Source of the DNA: the human T2T-CHM13v2.0 reference genome, Homo sapiens
Assembly (NCBI RefSeq): GCF_009914755.1
Contig: NC_060931.1
Strand: one strand, 5' to 3'
DNA: 64,000 bases
A program made the translations under genes and the position numbers. The notes below the pieces were generated by a model, which was not told the origin of the DNA, made no database searches, and was given only the letters and a program-made list of their open reading frames with translations. Each line of letters begins with the position of its first letter. Positions within the stretch are counted from its first letter, which is position 1. This document shows, in pieces, positions 39,942 through 55,921 of this stretch.

Positions 39942-40450
39942 ATCCAAACATGTATCTTTAAACTGTCTCATTTAATTTCAAATCTCAGTTCCACTTATAA
40001 AAACAGTTGTATGTTCACTTTACCCACTTGAAATAAGCAGTTCTGGGCCTAAATATCCTGGTTGTTTTATTAAAAAAGAAACTAAAAGTCCCACCCTATA
40101 AAAGCACACTCCACCCCCTTCTAATTGCCTTTTTCCAAGCTAGTACAACTCACAAGCAGATTATCCATCCCTTCCCCCTTTCCTGCCTGTAAAATCCAAG
40201 TTAGACAAACACTGTGGGGCTGAAATGACATATTTGAATGGAATTCAGACCCACCAGTTCCTGTTTATGTTTCTGATTTGAGAATGTTGTCTTCTCATTC
40301 ACTATACATTAGGAACACTGCAAGGCCATAAATAGTGTCAGGTTACTTGCAAGCAGGACCAATGAGCATTAATCATTACTTCCAGTCAACTGGCATAAGC
40401 AGCAGCTGATGGAACACTACACCCTTCAGCTCTGTATAAATGGACATTCC

Positions 40451-40461
40451 AGAGAGAGTGA

Positions 40462-40492
<31 letters not shown>

Positions 40493-40493
40493 T
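40451..40493. repeat. (GA)n(GTGA)n(GT)14 microsatellite
   Basis: Direct reading. Confidence 0.95.
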
Positions 40494-42489
40494 TTCCTTT
40501 CAGTCTCCATTTTATGAATGAAACTCCAGGCTCTATAGCGTCCATTCATGTAAGAGAAATGCTTACAGGGCTCTGCCCCTAGGGATCAATCAGTCATGGG
40601 TAAAACTGGTATGATTGGTTTAAGACAGCCTTCAGCCTTCCATTACTGCCTTAAAATGCAGTCCCTGTCCATTTGGCCTGTGTTAATGCATAAAGAGTAA
40701 ATCCAGACTGTAGTCTCAACTCTCAAATCAAATCACTAGAGCCAATGCCACTTACTGTAACTGTAGATTTAGAGCATATTTAAGTATTTCTTAGAAAAAC
40801 TGATATAGTGGGCCAGAGTACTGATTTGGGAGATTTGCAATTTTAACTCCAAAAGAAATGAGGAAAACTCATATGAGACATGCTAAGCAATAAAAGGCAA
40901 AGTCAAATTGTGAGGCCAATCTATGACCTCTATTGCAATAACAAAATCAATTAGGAAGACATCACTGTCACTTTTCACAATTGAAGCACCTAAAAATCAG
41001 AGATTAAGTGATCTACTAGTCCACAAATCACTGGATGTGTAAAAGAAAATTATCTTTGGATATTGAGAAAGAGATAAGATGTTAACATTTTCTGAAAGTT
41101 CAATAGCTCATTCTTTAAAGTTCCCAAGTGATCCTACACTTGAATTTCTTTAAGCAATAGTTTTAGAGTTAGGAGGGAAAAAATGAGCTGCCATGTTTCA
41201 GGAGAAAATGTAGCCATAAGCAAGTGATGTTTTGTAATGGAATAAGGCCACGGTTTAGCCTTTGGAAGTGTTACATATCAAGCACAAAAGGCCAAAGTTC
41301 ATGGAATCATAATCATTGCTGCCCTGGAAATTACTAAAGATGGCAATATTTAAAAATATCCAGAGTTTTTATGGAGAGGAAGCAATATATAAGCAATTAT
41401 GGAAATATTTTTTGAAGAGTCAATCCTATCCTGAATAGTATTGAATATGGAATGGGTTTTATCAGCCATTTGTACTTTGTTCCTTGACTCCGAAGGGGAA
41501 AAAAACACTTTTTTCTTTCAGTGACCTGAAGCCATGTGAGAAAAAAGTTGCAGTAAACAGTCCCTGTGTATATCTCTAAACCACTGATCAACAGATCCTT
41601 GCCATGCCTACAGAAAAGGAAGAGGATAAACAGAAAAACTGCCCAGTCTTTGGTTTTAAACCTGGGAAGGATTATTTATTATGGCATTATGACAAATATT
41701 CAACCTCCAATTTCTAATATCTGATTAATACAGTCATACAGAATAAATAAATTTATGGCAGTATGTTAGAGCTCAAAACTAAAATACTTAACATAGGCAG
41801 GTGGGAGATGAACCCACCATTCAGAAAAAATATGGGACAGAGGAAAATCACCAAAGAGTGAACGTATACCGAATTATTAATTTATTGCTAACTTTTTTTC
41901 CAGGGCTTTAAAAATATTCAATATTTTCTAAGGAATTACTTTTTAAGGTGGTTCAAAAATATGTAAATAAAAATGACAAACTGAAAATGAATATCTTCAA
42001 ATGTAATATTTCATATTTAAAATAATTGTAATATGTTGTCTAACTTCCATTATTCAATATATTTAAAGTCTGATCAATGTAATACATGAATTATAAATTT
42101 ATAATTATTAGGGGCTGGATATAAAATTCATAATAGATTGATTTGAGAAGTATATGCATTATCTATATTGAAATAATTTGTTTAGGTGTTCAGAGTTTTA
42201 GATATTGTGGTTTTTATAATTCTAGGCCTTCTATAACTATATAAGAGGGAGGCGGGCCTTGAGATAGACTGTTGTGGTTGCTGAGAAGAGAAGAAGGCAT
42301 ACATTCGTAACAACTTGGTGACACTTCCATACTTTCAAAGGGAATATGAATAGAAAAATACTATTCTACTTCCTTTCCTCCTTAGCTGCCTAATTAGAAT
42401 CCCAGCAATAATACAATTTTTAAAAAATAACTAAGATAAAATAATGTCTTCAATGTGAAAACACTGAATAGTAAGTGACATTGGAATGT

Positions 42490-42640
42490 TCAGACAGTGG
42501 TGGCATGCACCTGTAATCCCAACTACAGTGAGGCTGAGGAGGGAGAATTGCTTGAGGCCAAGAGTTAGCAACTTACCTGGGCAAGACAGCGAGACCCTAT
42601 CTCTTTAAAACACATCAGCCAAAACAAAACAAGACACACA
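42490..42640 (+). mobile_element. FLAM-type free Alu monomer
   Basis: gtggtggcatgcacctgtaatccc..gcttgaggccaagagtt..cctgggcaagacagcgagaccctatctc; TSD gaatgttca. Confidence 0.85.
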
Positions 42641-43774
42641 CACATAGAATGTTCAAGAGGGAGAAATTATTGATCATGGGCTTTCCATTTTGGAAATAAT
42701 GAAGCCTGCTAGTTTATGGTAAGCCTTGAATATTCAAAATAAATATCAGTTACCTTTATTTCTACTCCCTGTGTTCCATCTGACTTTAATTAGTGTCTTT
42801 CAACAGCTTTCCTTTTTGTAATCACTGCATACTTTCTGTTTCCTGGATAATATTTTTGGTTGCTTATGTGTGCCCCAATTGTTCAGAAAGGATGAAAGAA
42901 AAGTGTATTGGAAAATATGTATGAGGTTAGTTTCCCTAGAACACGTATCTCATCTTGTAAGTAAATAGCAATAAATTGTTTTTTAAGGTAAAATATCCTG
43001 ATGACACAATTTCTGAGATATTGCTAGATGAGTAGTAGTAATAAATGCAATAGTAATAGTTTAGAAATAAATGACTGGGATATTTTAGCCCTCTGAATGT
43101 TGTTATTTTTTTCTTAAGTTTTGTGCAAGTTTAGTCAGTTGATTGAGGCTCTGACATGTCATCTCCAAACCTATAAAACACTACACATTTATATTTTTAT
43201 ATGGATGCAGAAAATAACCATGTTGTTCTTGCTCCATTACCCAATTATTTAATCCTACAAGTTTCACTTTCAAACCATATTATAAACTCTGCAAGGGGAA
43301 GCCCAAGCAATGCTTACTACTACAGGCAGCATTAGGAATTACTTCACTACTTTTCCTACTATTTGATTAGGATGAGTATCCACCAACACAGCAAAACATA
43401 GAATAACATTTACAATATAAAAACATTCCTCTCTTGCCATTTCAGAAACCCAAGAGTATTTAAATTTCTTGATTAAAGTGCCAGCTTGGGCCTATGTGAA
43501 TAGCAGATAGATTTGTCAGCTCTGACAGATGAAAGTTAAACATATTCCAGTTTTAACGTATTTAACATAAGGTAAATATTTTTTCAGTATTTATTTCATC
43601 ATTTTTCTGCCTACACATAATTTTTCGATGTGCTAAGGACAGATAACCGTTCTCTAAATTTACAGGCTTTTCTACTGGCTTTTATCAAAGCCCTAATAGG
43701 GTAATAAGGAAGTATATGAGGAGCCTGGGAGGGGTTGTTGGGGTGAATAATGGATGGATTTTAAATGAAGAATG

Positions 43775-44113
<339 letters not shown>

Positions 44114-45553
44114 CTATTCCTCAACAACAGCTTTCTTTACATCGATTTGAGATCCTGTAGTCCCTCATAAGCTTACTTGTGAAAAATGGATTCAGCTGAC
44201 AATGGTCTGAAAAGCACAGCTGAAGGTGAAGTGTAAGCCACTGAGCCATCAAGGGCATTAAGAAAGAAAGAGCGAGGTCCAATGAGAAGACTCAAACTCT
44301 ATGTTCATGCAATCAAGGACTTAGAGCTTGGAAGGGCCATTAATTAGCCACTTTTTCTTCTCATTATTTTTCAGTCTTTTTCAAAAGAGCTATTATAAAA
44401 GATCACTTCTTTGATAATCTCAGTTCTTAAGAATGCTCGTGGTATATTTTTTAAAAGAAAGCAGAATGCATCTTCATAATTTATATCGTTGAATTGCTCT
44501 ATTTTGCTACCTCACTGCGGTGAACACCTAACATTTAGAGTAAAATGTGGGCACTATTTAATGTGAAATGTGCTCCTCCCAAATTAGTGAAAGCACACCT
44601 CGTATCTTCAAGCAGATGCCCTGGATCATGAAGATCCTTCGAAAACCATACAAAAACACTCAGTATTTCCCTTTAATCTGAACAATTATGTAGAAAGACA
44701 AATCATGAACTCTTCACTAAACTAAGAATTAGAAAATCCTAATTTTAGTTTTGGCTGCTTCACAATATATCTGTAACTGATGGTAAATTACTTCATTTGG
44801 ATGAACCTCAGATATTTATCTGTAAAATTTGGGTGTGGAGAAGTTTGAAGTAGGTGAACTTCAAGAGCTTTCATGATAACAGGATTTAGAATTCTATGAA
44901 ACATTTATTTGTGTCAACTTCCCAGTTTAAAATAGCACGAACAACATTTGCTGTCAAAGAGTTACGTGCCTCCAAATTGAAAAAAGGCCTCATGAGTAGC
45001 AGCAGGAGTGGCCTTAAGAAACACAATTTAAAAATGCAAAAACCGTTTCTTCGGCAAACATATGATGTTGAGTTCTCACCTCTACCCTCTGCTTTTATTT
45101 CCTGCTCTCTCTAAGCTCAAAGTATGCAGCATTGTCCTTTATTTTCTTATTTTAGCTATCTTCCTCTTGCCTTTGAAAGTTCTTCTTTCCCTCTCTTCAT
45201 TCCCTACTCTGATTAAGTTGCTCCACCACATGGCCGAGAAGCATTGTTTAAACCTATTAGGATAACAGAATAGGTCTTCAGGGCTAAAAACACCTTATTA
45301 ATGTACATTACTCCTCCAACCAACTACTGAGTTAAGATTTTTAATACACTGCAATGTGCAAAGGAATAAAACCCTAATGGTAGCATTGCAAGCACTGTGC
45401 AAGGTGAACATGAATCCCACTAAGTAAGGCATCATTTTCCCTCCCTCCTCTAAGGCAGTACTAGACACAAACCAATAGAAAGTCATTTACGCTTACAACG
45501 TGTGAGACTATAACATCATTTACTTGTTTTCACTTATAGGACTGACGTGATGA

Positions 45554-45878
<325 letters not shown>

Positions 45879-45949
45879 CGACTGATTTTTTTTTTTAAAT
45901 ACTCATTCTGTTTGATTAGGAAAGCAGCACATAAGCATTGTTAAAATAT

Positions 45950-46275
45950 AAAATATTAATACTTCACAGATACAAAATATCACCTATAATATCACCACCT
46001 ATATATAGCCAAGGTATTTCTGTACTGGCTCTTAATTTGCATGAGTTATGCCTTGCATACTTTTAAAAACTCAGTAGTCTCATTTCATTAAATATTTTTC
46101 AAAAATCTGACTTCTAATGGCTGCATAATATTTCTTTTACAAGTACCCATAACTTACTTTACCGTTCACCTATTATATATTTTTAATATTTTGCTTTCTG
46201 TCTCTCTCAAACATTCACTATGCATCTTTCACTATTTCTTAGAATAAATTCCTGAGAGTGAAATTACCATGTGAA
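45950..46275 (-). mobile_element. Old L1ME fragment
   Basis: taatggctgcataatatt..ccataacttacttta..tttcttagaataaattcctgagagtgaaatt. Confidence 0.6.
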
Positions 46276-47189
46276 CATTGTGTGCTGATATTCTCTAAAG
46301 TCAAAGTTTAGTTTCATGTGCTCACTACTCCCTAAAAAAATCTACTGTAAGATATCAAAAAGTAAAATAAAATGAAACAAAAAAAGCAAAATATCAACCA
46401 ACCACCTAACACTTTCAGCTCTAATAAAATATATTGCTATAAACATCTAAAATATTTGCGTCACTGGACATTCTGAATTTGCAAAACCTCATATGTGGTC
46501 ATGAAAATGAGAAAACAGTCTTGACTCTAAGAAAATAGGATACTTTCTACGGGAATCTCCATGACGCACTCCAGATGAAGCACTCAATGTGTATTTAACA
46601 CTTCTTATGTGGGCATTTGACCATAAGGGCATGAAAAAAAATATCATGTTGGATTTAGACAAAAACAACCAACCAACAACAACAAAAAATGTGTACTGCT
46701 TTATGCAGCATAATAGGCTAGAGAAGAGAAGGAAAGGGACAATAATAGATGGATTGGATTGGATCTTTTAGAACCTAGTATCATGATACAATCATGATCA
46801 TACTGTACTGGTTCATTAAGCTAGCCCTAAATATCTATTTCTTGTTTCCTCACTGTCTTCTGATTGAAGTCTTTTTCTTTTCTCCTGAATAAAAATTTAT
46901 ACTCTACTAACATACTATTTTGCATTTTTTATCTTAAATATTAGGCAGTTGAAATTGCATTCCTGTAATTATAATTATAACTAATAGACCTTCCATTTCC
47001 CATGTCATAATTAATGTCAGGCTTTATTAGAGCACAATCATAAGCTACCTTTTCCCTTACGAGGCTTCTTTTATTTTCACAACATTTATGGTGTATAGAA
47101 TTAAGCAATAAAGAGTTCTAAAGGTCTTCCGTAAGAATAGCCTTTGGATCATAGATGCTGAGTTAACTGACTTAGAAAATGCTTTTTAC

Positions 47190-47533
<344 letters not shown>

Positions 47534-48357
47534 CTATGTGCTTCCTAATGTGCTATTTGTTCAACACCAATAGGTGAAAAAAGAAATCACTGATTCAGTG
47601 ATAAATGCATTAGATTTCCTCAAAGGTTATTAAGTGTACTTTCAGCAAGGATGAAAAAATTAATGACAACCAAACAAAATATCTACGAATCATATTTGTT
47701 GATTGCCATGTATGACATATACATATGTGTCAACTTAACTGCAGCAATTTCATGGCAAGTAAAATACATTTTGACACCCACAGATTAAGTTTTCATAGGC
47801 CCTGGTTATGGGGTTACTATATTTATTTTAAATCCTGTCAGAAAGATACAATTTTACCATTTAACTATTCAAGCAAAACACAACTGTATCCTATTGGCAA
47901 TATTGAAATTAGAACTCAAAGGTGGTATACAACTTTGGTAATTTTAAATATAATTTAAAAGGGAGAATGCAATATAAAATTAACAGCTTTTTAGGTAAGA
48001 ATTTTACAAGTAATCTGCAAGACATGGCATACTTAACTTACAAAAGAGATGCCATACATACCTTCGACAAACGATGCTGGACTATGTTTTGAAGATTATA
48101 TATGACTCAATCTGTGCTTTTGAGGGTCAAATAGTGACTGGCTCTGAAGTCCATATTATGTATGAATGTAATTCTTACAGCACAAGATGCTGTATTTCGC
48201 CCTTATTAGAATTTTAAAATCTCTTTTCCATTAGGTTCACATCTTCTTAAGAAAAGTTATACATTCTCAATACCACACTACATATAACTGTATATACAAT
48301 ATAAATATGAGGAGAAGATATACATGGAGCAATCACAGAATCAAGAAAACAGTTTCA

Positions 48358-49024
<667 letters not shown>

Positions 49025-50287
49025 CTATGCTATACATGTTCTTTGGAATGATTATTTGAGATAATTTATATGATTTCCACATAAAGTTTCTTGAAATCAT
49101 AATGAATTTTAAAAACTACAACAAATTAAAATGTGGTTTGGGGAATAAGGATAATATCAATTAACAGGATTTGAAATTTACAGAGATAAATGTGTACTAT
49201 TTATAATAGAGCCCACTGTATTGCAGGGTTCTTAATTAGAGACACCAGTGGACGATACAAAAGGTTCTAAACTGAAACCACAATGGGAATTTCAAGATAC
49301 TCCCCAAATTACAGTCCCTGGGGCAAAAATTCAAATAAAGACTCTTATACAATCTGTTAAAATTTCTTAAATTATAAATCGGCCAAGCAAACTGATAAAT
49401 AAGGTGTCTTCTCATCTTTGCAACTGTATACCATAACAACCTCTCAGCCATGTCAAGTTTAGTAGCTGAGGAAATCTCTAAAATGAGCCTGGAAGAGTAT
49501 GTGGTATGGAGAGAGCTAGTACCCAGTCTTCAGATCCTGACACACCCCACTTTTTGTCTCTCTTCCTATCCTTGAGCTCAATATTGGGCCACACTGTGAG
49601 AGTTTCACACATCAAGATCCATCCTCATGCCTTCACGAACAACTGCCCTTTAGCCACCCTTGAACCTAGCACTATATATAGGAGCAATGTGCTCTGGTTT
49701 CAGAAAACAGGGCCTGGGATGCACTTACTCAGGCCCTGGAAGTAGACTCAAGGCCACTTGGGCAGAGAATTCATAGGTTTTGGGGAGCTTGCATGCTTTC
49801 TAGAAGTTGAGGCATGCCTCAACGGGGCCAATTCCCTTCGTCCTTTGAACCTATTGGCCAGTGTAGAAGGATGACCAGAGGGAGACTTCTAAGTCACAGG
49901 GCTCTCTTTTGCAGAGCCTTAAGGGCAGTTCATTATCAACCAGGTAATCTTATACGCAAACTGGTAACTCAAGACCTGGAGGTAGTTTTCTTTACTCAAG
50001 TAGACTGATGATAGAAAAACTCAGCAGAGGACGCAATACTCCCTTCATAAAGAATGCCCAAACTTTATATCCAGACAAAAGGAAATGAAACTGTTCTCAA
50101 ATATTTCCACATCCACAACCATCTATTGACCACAGATACAATAATGTTAACAATATTTTACAGGTACATGGTAACCTTATAAACATTAGCTTTTATTTCA
50201 TAGATTATCTTTCAAAATACCTGAGATGTGTTAAAAACAGATGTCCTGATTTGGCAGATTATAGAAGGAAAAACTCAGCAGGGTTAA

Positions 50288-50665
<378 letters not shown>

Positions 50666-50748
50666 TCAGGAAACCCCACTCCCCCACTTGACCCGCTGCT
50701 TTGTACTACTTTCTAGCTCACAGAGACAAAGCTAAACTCTACGAATAA

Positions 50749-51103
<355 letters not shown>

Positions 51104-51524
51104 CCCCAGTAATTTTTTCTTAAATGTTATAAGCAATATGTGACCTAGTTCAGAAGAATATTACTTTCTGTAAACATTTTTATTAAGTAGCACTGTAGTA
51201 GCAAAATAAGAAGAAAAAAAAGTACAGAATTAAGAAAAAAAATTGCAATGTCCCTCTCGAGCTGAGACTGTGCATAATTCTGTAAAGTGTATTTTTCTTT
51301 AAACTGGTTTTGTTTCCAGACACTATTTCAACCATCACCTCATGTCAAAATGACCTGATAGTTCAAATCTTTACACGTAGATGAAGTTTCAATGAACGGA
51401 CAAAATCTGAAAGATCTTATTAAAAAATGGTCAGGAGCTACCTAGTCTGATACCAACACTAACCAATGTGACAAGGGAGGTGAAAAAGTGCCTTGAATGT
51501 AATTTGCGCAGAGCGCAGGCCTAC

Positions 51525-51772
51525 CTGAGTCATATGCAAAATCTCTGGGTTCCTGTTTAATCATCAGAGGAGGGGGAAAGCTTTGGCTGGCCGCACTGCC
51601 AACCATGGTGTTGTGTTCATACACTGGGTCGTGGTACTCCTGCTTAAAGCCTTGTGGTGGGAAGGGGATGTTTGGCTCAGACATCTGGCGTTGGTACATA
51701 GGACGTCCTTCCCTTGGCATCGTCGGCAAAGGAGGAAAGGAGTTACAGGGTTCAGAAAGCTGGCGGCGAAAT
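51525..51772 (-). CDS. ETV1: ETV1 coding exon (exon 9; 248 nt; FRRQLSEPC...IKQEPRDFAYDS)
   Basis: Lies within ORF 51442..51813. Acceptor CCCTAG|ATTTCG, donor CTCAG|GTAGGC. Carries the PEA3-family RRQLS/QRQMS kinase motifs and FKQE/IKQE SUMO motifs. Confidence 0.97.
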
Positions 51773-52060
51773 CTAGGGAATAAGAGAGTGTGTTTCAGAT
51801 GAAACGGTAACATGGAACATTCTTTAAAATACGGATACGGTTTTCCATTTCTTAGTGAACGAACATGATACCAGCTGACCTGAAGCGTAAATCTTTAACA
51901 AGCATTACGTTTTTCTTTCCTGGATTAGTAGCTCTATGTTTTTTAATCATATGACTTATATTCCCTTTCTAATCAGTCTTTTGCAGCACTGTTGCAGTAT
52001 ATGAGTTAAAGATGTACTTTGAGTAAGGATTGGAGAGCAATGAAAAACTTTGAGGATTTT

Positions 52061-52063
52061 ACA

Positions 52064-52095
<32 letters not shown>
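52061..52095. repeat. (CA)n microsatellite
   Basis: Direct reading. Confidence 0.95.
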
Positions 52096-54530
52096 ACGAT
52101 TAATGGCTAAAATGCCTAGTTCTAAATCAATTGGATCACGGATAATTTCCACACAAGATTCTTAAATCATTATATACCAGAAAAAGATCTCAAACTGCAT
52201 CCTCTATCTTTTAATTCTGTTACCAAACTGATCAATAAACAAAAAACCAACCAACCAAAAACCTGCTGAGAAAGCAAGAGAGGAATGACTTTTTTCTCAA
52301 ATCAGGACTTTCAATTCCTCAACAATGTCCTAATTAACATTGCGTTCTAGTAAGAAACAAAACTAGGTATTATAAGGACTCAAACCCAAGCCGGTTGTAA
52401 AAAGACTACCTCTTTACTGTCAAACAGCAATGCAGACCATATTGGCTTCCAATAGATTCAAATACAGTATCAGGTTGATAAAAATAAGCATAAATGCACA
52501 GCTGATCTCCAAAGGTGAAAATAACATATAGTGTTGTATAGGTTTGGGGCAAGTCCCGCTGTTAGGACATGAGGAAGTTCTGAGGCCTCAGCAGAAGGCT
52601 AGAAATGAGTCCTATGCCTCTTTGTTCTTGGTTATACTTTATAACAATTGGCTAATCACATAATCGTTCTGTTCTGTGTTTCTCATCCATAATATCATTG
52701 ACCCACCACAAAGATGTGGATTAATTAAAGATTTAAAAGTGCTCTAAAAATGCCCCAGGAGTGCTTAAAAATAACCTATAAAACATTTCTATGAGCAAAT
52801 ATAAGCCTAATAACCCCCCCACTAAAAGCATTCCTGAGACTTTAATTTGGAAAGTTAGCATTTAATTTCGGTAATGTTAAATAAAAATAAGGTAAAAGCT
52901 AAAGAATGGCAAAGCGATTGCTTTAGCATTTCTAAGAACACTCCATCCTGTGATTTAACTCTAGGCTCACTGGTGGTCATGGAAAGCACTGAAATTCCAC
53001 CTACACCTGCAGAAAATAAACTTAGAAACTCGGATATTGCAGAGCAGTTAGGCTGACTGGCACTGCATTCATTTCCCTTCTCTTGCTTATTTCATTAGCC
53101 AAAAAAAGAAACAGAAATTATCATTAAGAACTGTCAAGGAGTGAATCAGAAAATTGTAACTTGAAGTTAAAATAAGAAACTGGCTCACTTGTGAAGCCTT
53201 AAAAGGAAGTTAATAATACTTGTAACTGAAAGCTTTGTAAGGAATCAAGCCATTTGTTTTTACGAGTCGACCTGATTCCAGTTGGAAGTTGCTGGGGAAC
53301 ATGTATATATCAAACACGCATGCTTCTCAGGAATTTGCAAGGTTTTGGTGCAATTCTTAGGAGCCACTGACCAATGGTAAAGAGAAAGTGATTCAAGAAG
53401 CTTCTGGAAAGGAGTTAACAGATAAGGAGAACATGCTGATGAACTCCCAGATAAAGAAAAACAGGGTGTAAGTGGTGGAAACACTGAGAAAGAGAGACAG
53501 GGCTCCTGCACAGTGGGTTCAGGAAAAAGTGCCAAAGGGCTGGCCCCAGGAGCAGAGTGAGGCTGAGGAAAGGAAGCAGGGTGCAGGCCAGTTGGCCGTA
53601 AAGCATTCCCAGAGTGAAGTGGGGTGCCTGGCTGGAGGGGGTGTTTTGGGGAAAGGATCTGTTCCCAGAGCAAATTTGCCATTTATAACTGAGGGACTGT
53701 CATTTGTTGGCCAGAGCCCTCTAAGAAATCCTCCTCAGAAACATACGGCTTTAGAGATTTTCCTGGGACTGGCCAGCTGGTACTGTCCTCAAAACTCAGT
53801 CAGGGGTCAGTGGGAAAAGACCCCGAGCTTCCCTCTTGGAGTTCCGGGCCGGCTGTTCTCAGTCTCAAATATCTGACTTCAAGTAGAGAAACTAAAATGA
53901 ATTTGGCTAAAGCATTTCAAGTTAGGTCACCTAAAACCAGGCACACTGCTTATTCAGCAGGCACCTTCCCTAAGAAATAACCAGTTTGCACAAAAAGCGA
54001 ATTATACAATCTATAATTCTGGCACTGATCAGAAGAGTGAGATTCAGTTATCAAGAACTCAGAAGTCACCAGTAGTGGAGAAAATAAAACTTGGTTTGTT
54101 CATATTTTTTTGTTCCCTTTCAGCTCTGCACAATGTCCATCTGTTTAATGGCCCACCCTGCAATAAGAATTCTTTCATCTGTATTTACAAAACTGTTTAC
54201 ACAGATGCACATACCATTGCACTCTGACAAAGTCTCAAGGCTACAGGGTGAGAAGAAAAAGATAATAGGAAGCATTTAATAACTACCCCACAAGAGGACT
54301 TAGTGATGGAACCAAGGGTGGAAAAGACAAGGCTTTGTATCACATTGTAAAGAACGCTTTCATCTTACGCCCTTTATAGCAAAATGAGTTTCTGAATTTG
54401 AGATTGAGTCCCATGAAAAAACCTATAAAAAGCACATTTGAGTGCTCCCTTATTTTCAGAAAGTTGCCAGTGGCACATCTTCTGCTTTCCTCTGCTGATC
54501 TAGAAGATTCCTTTGGCTGAGTTATTTTTA

Positions 54531-54948
54531 CAACGGTGTCTCAGGGCCAGTTTGCACTGACTTATTGTCAAACTTGCAGGAATTTTTTGAGCCAGTTCTT
54601 AAACACAGCCACTATTAACAGTTAAATTATATAACTTCACAATCAAAAAATATGTTAAAAACAGAAGATAAAAATGCAAAACTCATCACTTTCTAATTAT
54701 CTTACTACATTTCATTACCAATTATACACCTGAGGTTACTTATGTCTCTGGTATCCGTATGCTAGAAATACTACATTACGCTGTGCTATTGCATCTTTGC
54801 AACTCGGCATTCAGGGTTCTCACAGTGATGGCTCGTAGTGGGCCATGAAAGCAATATGTACATCACAGACCCAGCAAAAGCTACTGATGAGGGCGTTTTG
54901 TTTTTCTCTCATGCAGGCTGTTGCTAAACATTTACCAGCACGCCACTG
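54531..54948 (-). mobile_element. MER63 (hAT-Blackjack) DNA transposon
   Basis: End taaacatttaccagcacgccactg is the reverse complement of the MER63 terminus. The opposite terminus is degenerate (caacggtgtc..gggccag). Confidence 0.75.
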
Positions 54949-55732
54949 CATACAGAAGCACAGGGCAGAAGAGATAAAGAAGGAGAGATGCTGTATATAA
55001 GCAACCTGATTTTAAGCTGTATATTAAGGTAGTACATCTCAGAACCTCTACAGGTTTTATTTAGTATTTTACTTAAATATGAATTTCTTAATCTCAAGGA
55101 GTCATGAATTACCTAACGCAGTATTCTCCTTAGATCTATGCTATGCTTCTTGCCTTGCTCCTTTCTAAGTAATACTAATTGAGTCTCTATCTCTTTAATT
55201 GTATATTCGCAGTGTCCAGAGTCATGCGTCTACTGATATTAAATATTAATCACCTGGAAAAGATGGTCAACAGTTTTAATCAAATAAGTTATATTCTGCA
55301 AAACTATGTACAGCTGAACCATTCAATATAAGGTAGAAAACCTAATTCCATAAGCTACCTACTAAAATTAGTCTCCTAACTTTACAGAACAAGTACACAC
55401 ATATGCTCATAAAAATGGGATGATCTGATTTAAAGTTTAAGTGAAGCAATTTAATTCAAGCAAAGCGAAAGGGAAATGCTCAAATGTCAGTAGATAGATT
55501 AATTTTCCATTTTAGCAACCAATTTAAATGTTTATAAAAGGAATGTTTATAAATGACTTTCTCCACAAATTATAAGTATAGATAGAGTGAGCTCTTTCTA
55601 AAAATATTTTGCACAGATGTGCAAAATTAATAGGCTCACCTTAAATCTACTCTAGGCCTTCAGAATTGTTAATAGAAATTTTTTCCAAGAACGCAAAAAA
55701 CAGTTTCTAGAAAACTGGTATCTGCAGGTTAC

Positions 55733-55921
55733 CTGTGGTCCATGGGGTAGCTGCTATCTGGTATGGACTGCGATGGAGGGAGGTGAGCTGGGAAGGCCCG
55801 GTCAGGTTTCGGTGTATGAGTTGAGTTTGGAGATGCATGATGCAGTGGGGACACTGGCGTGCTGGATGGTGTGGGGGGGTTGGAGGGCCTCATTCCCACT
55901 TGTGGCTTCTGATCATAGGCA
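55733..55921 (-). CDS. ETV1: ETV1 coding exon (exon 8; 189 nt; SAYDQKPQVGMRPSNPPTPSSTPVSP...YPMDHR)
   Basis: Lies within ORF 55729..55968. Acceptor GGGTAG|TGCC, donor CACAG|GTAACC. Pro/Ser/Thr-rich with TP/SP MAPK-type sites; symmetric phase 2-2. Confidence 0.97.

Noticed and set aside
53260-53876. Overlapping 134-140 aa ORFs in a GC-richer segment
   Set aside because: No homology recognised. Likely an old LTR-like or regulatory segment that I cannot assign by eye.
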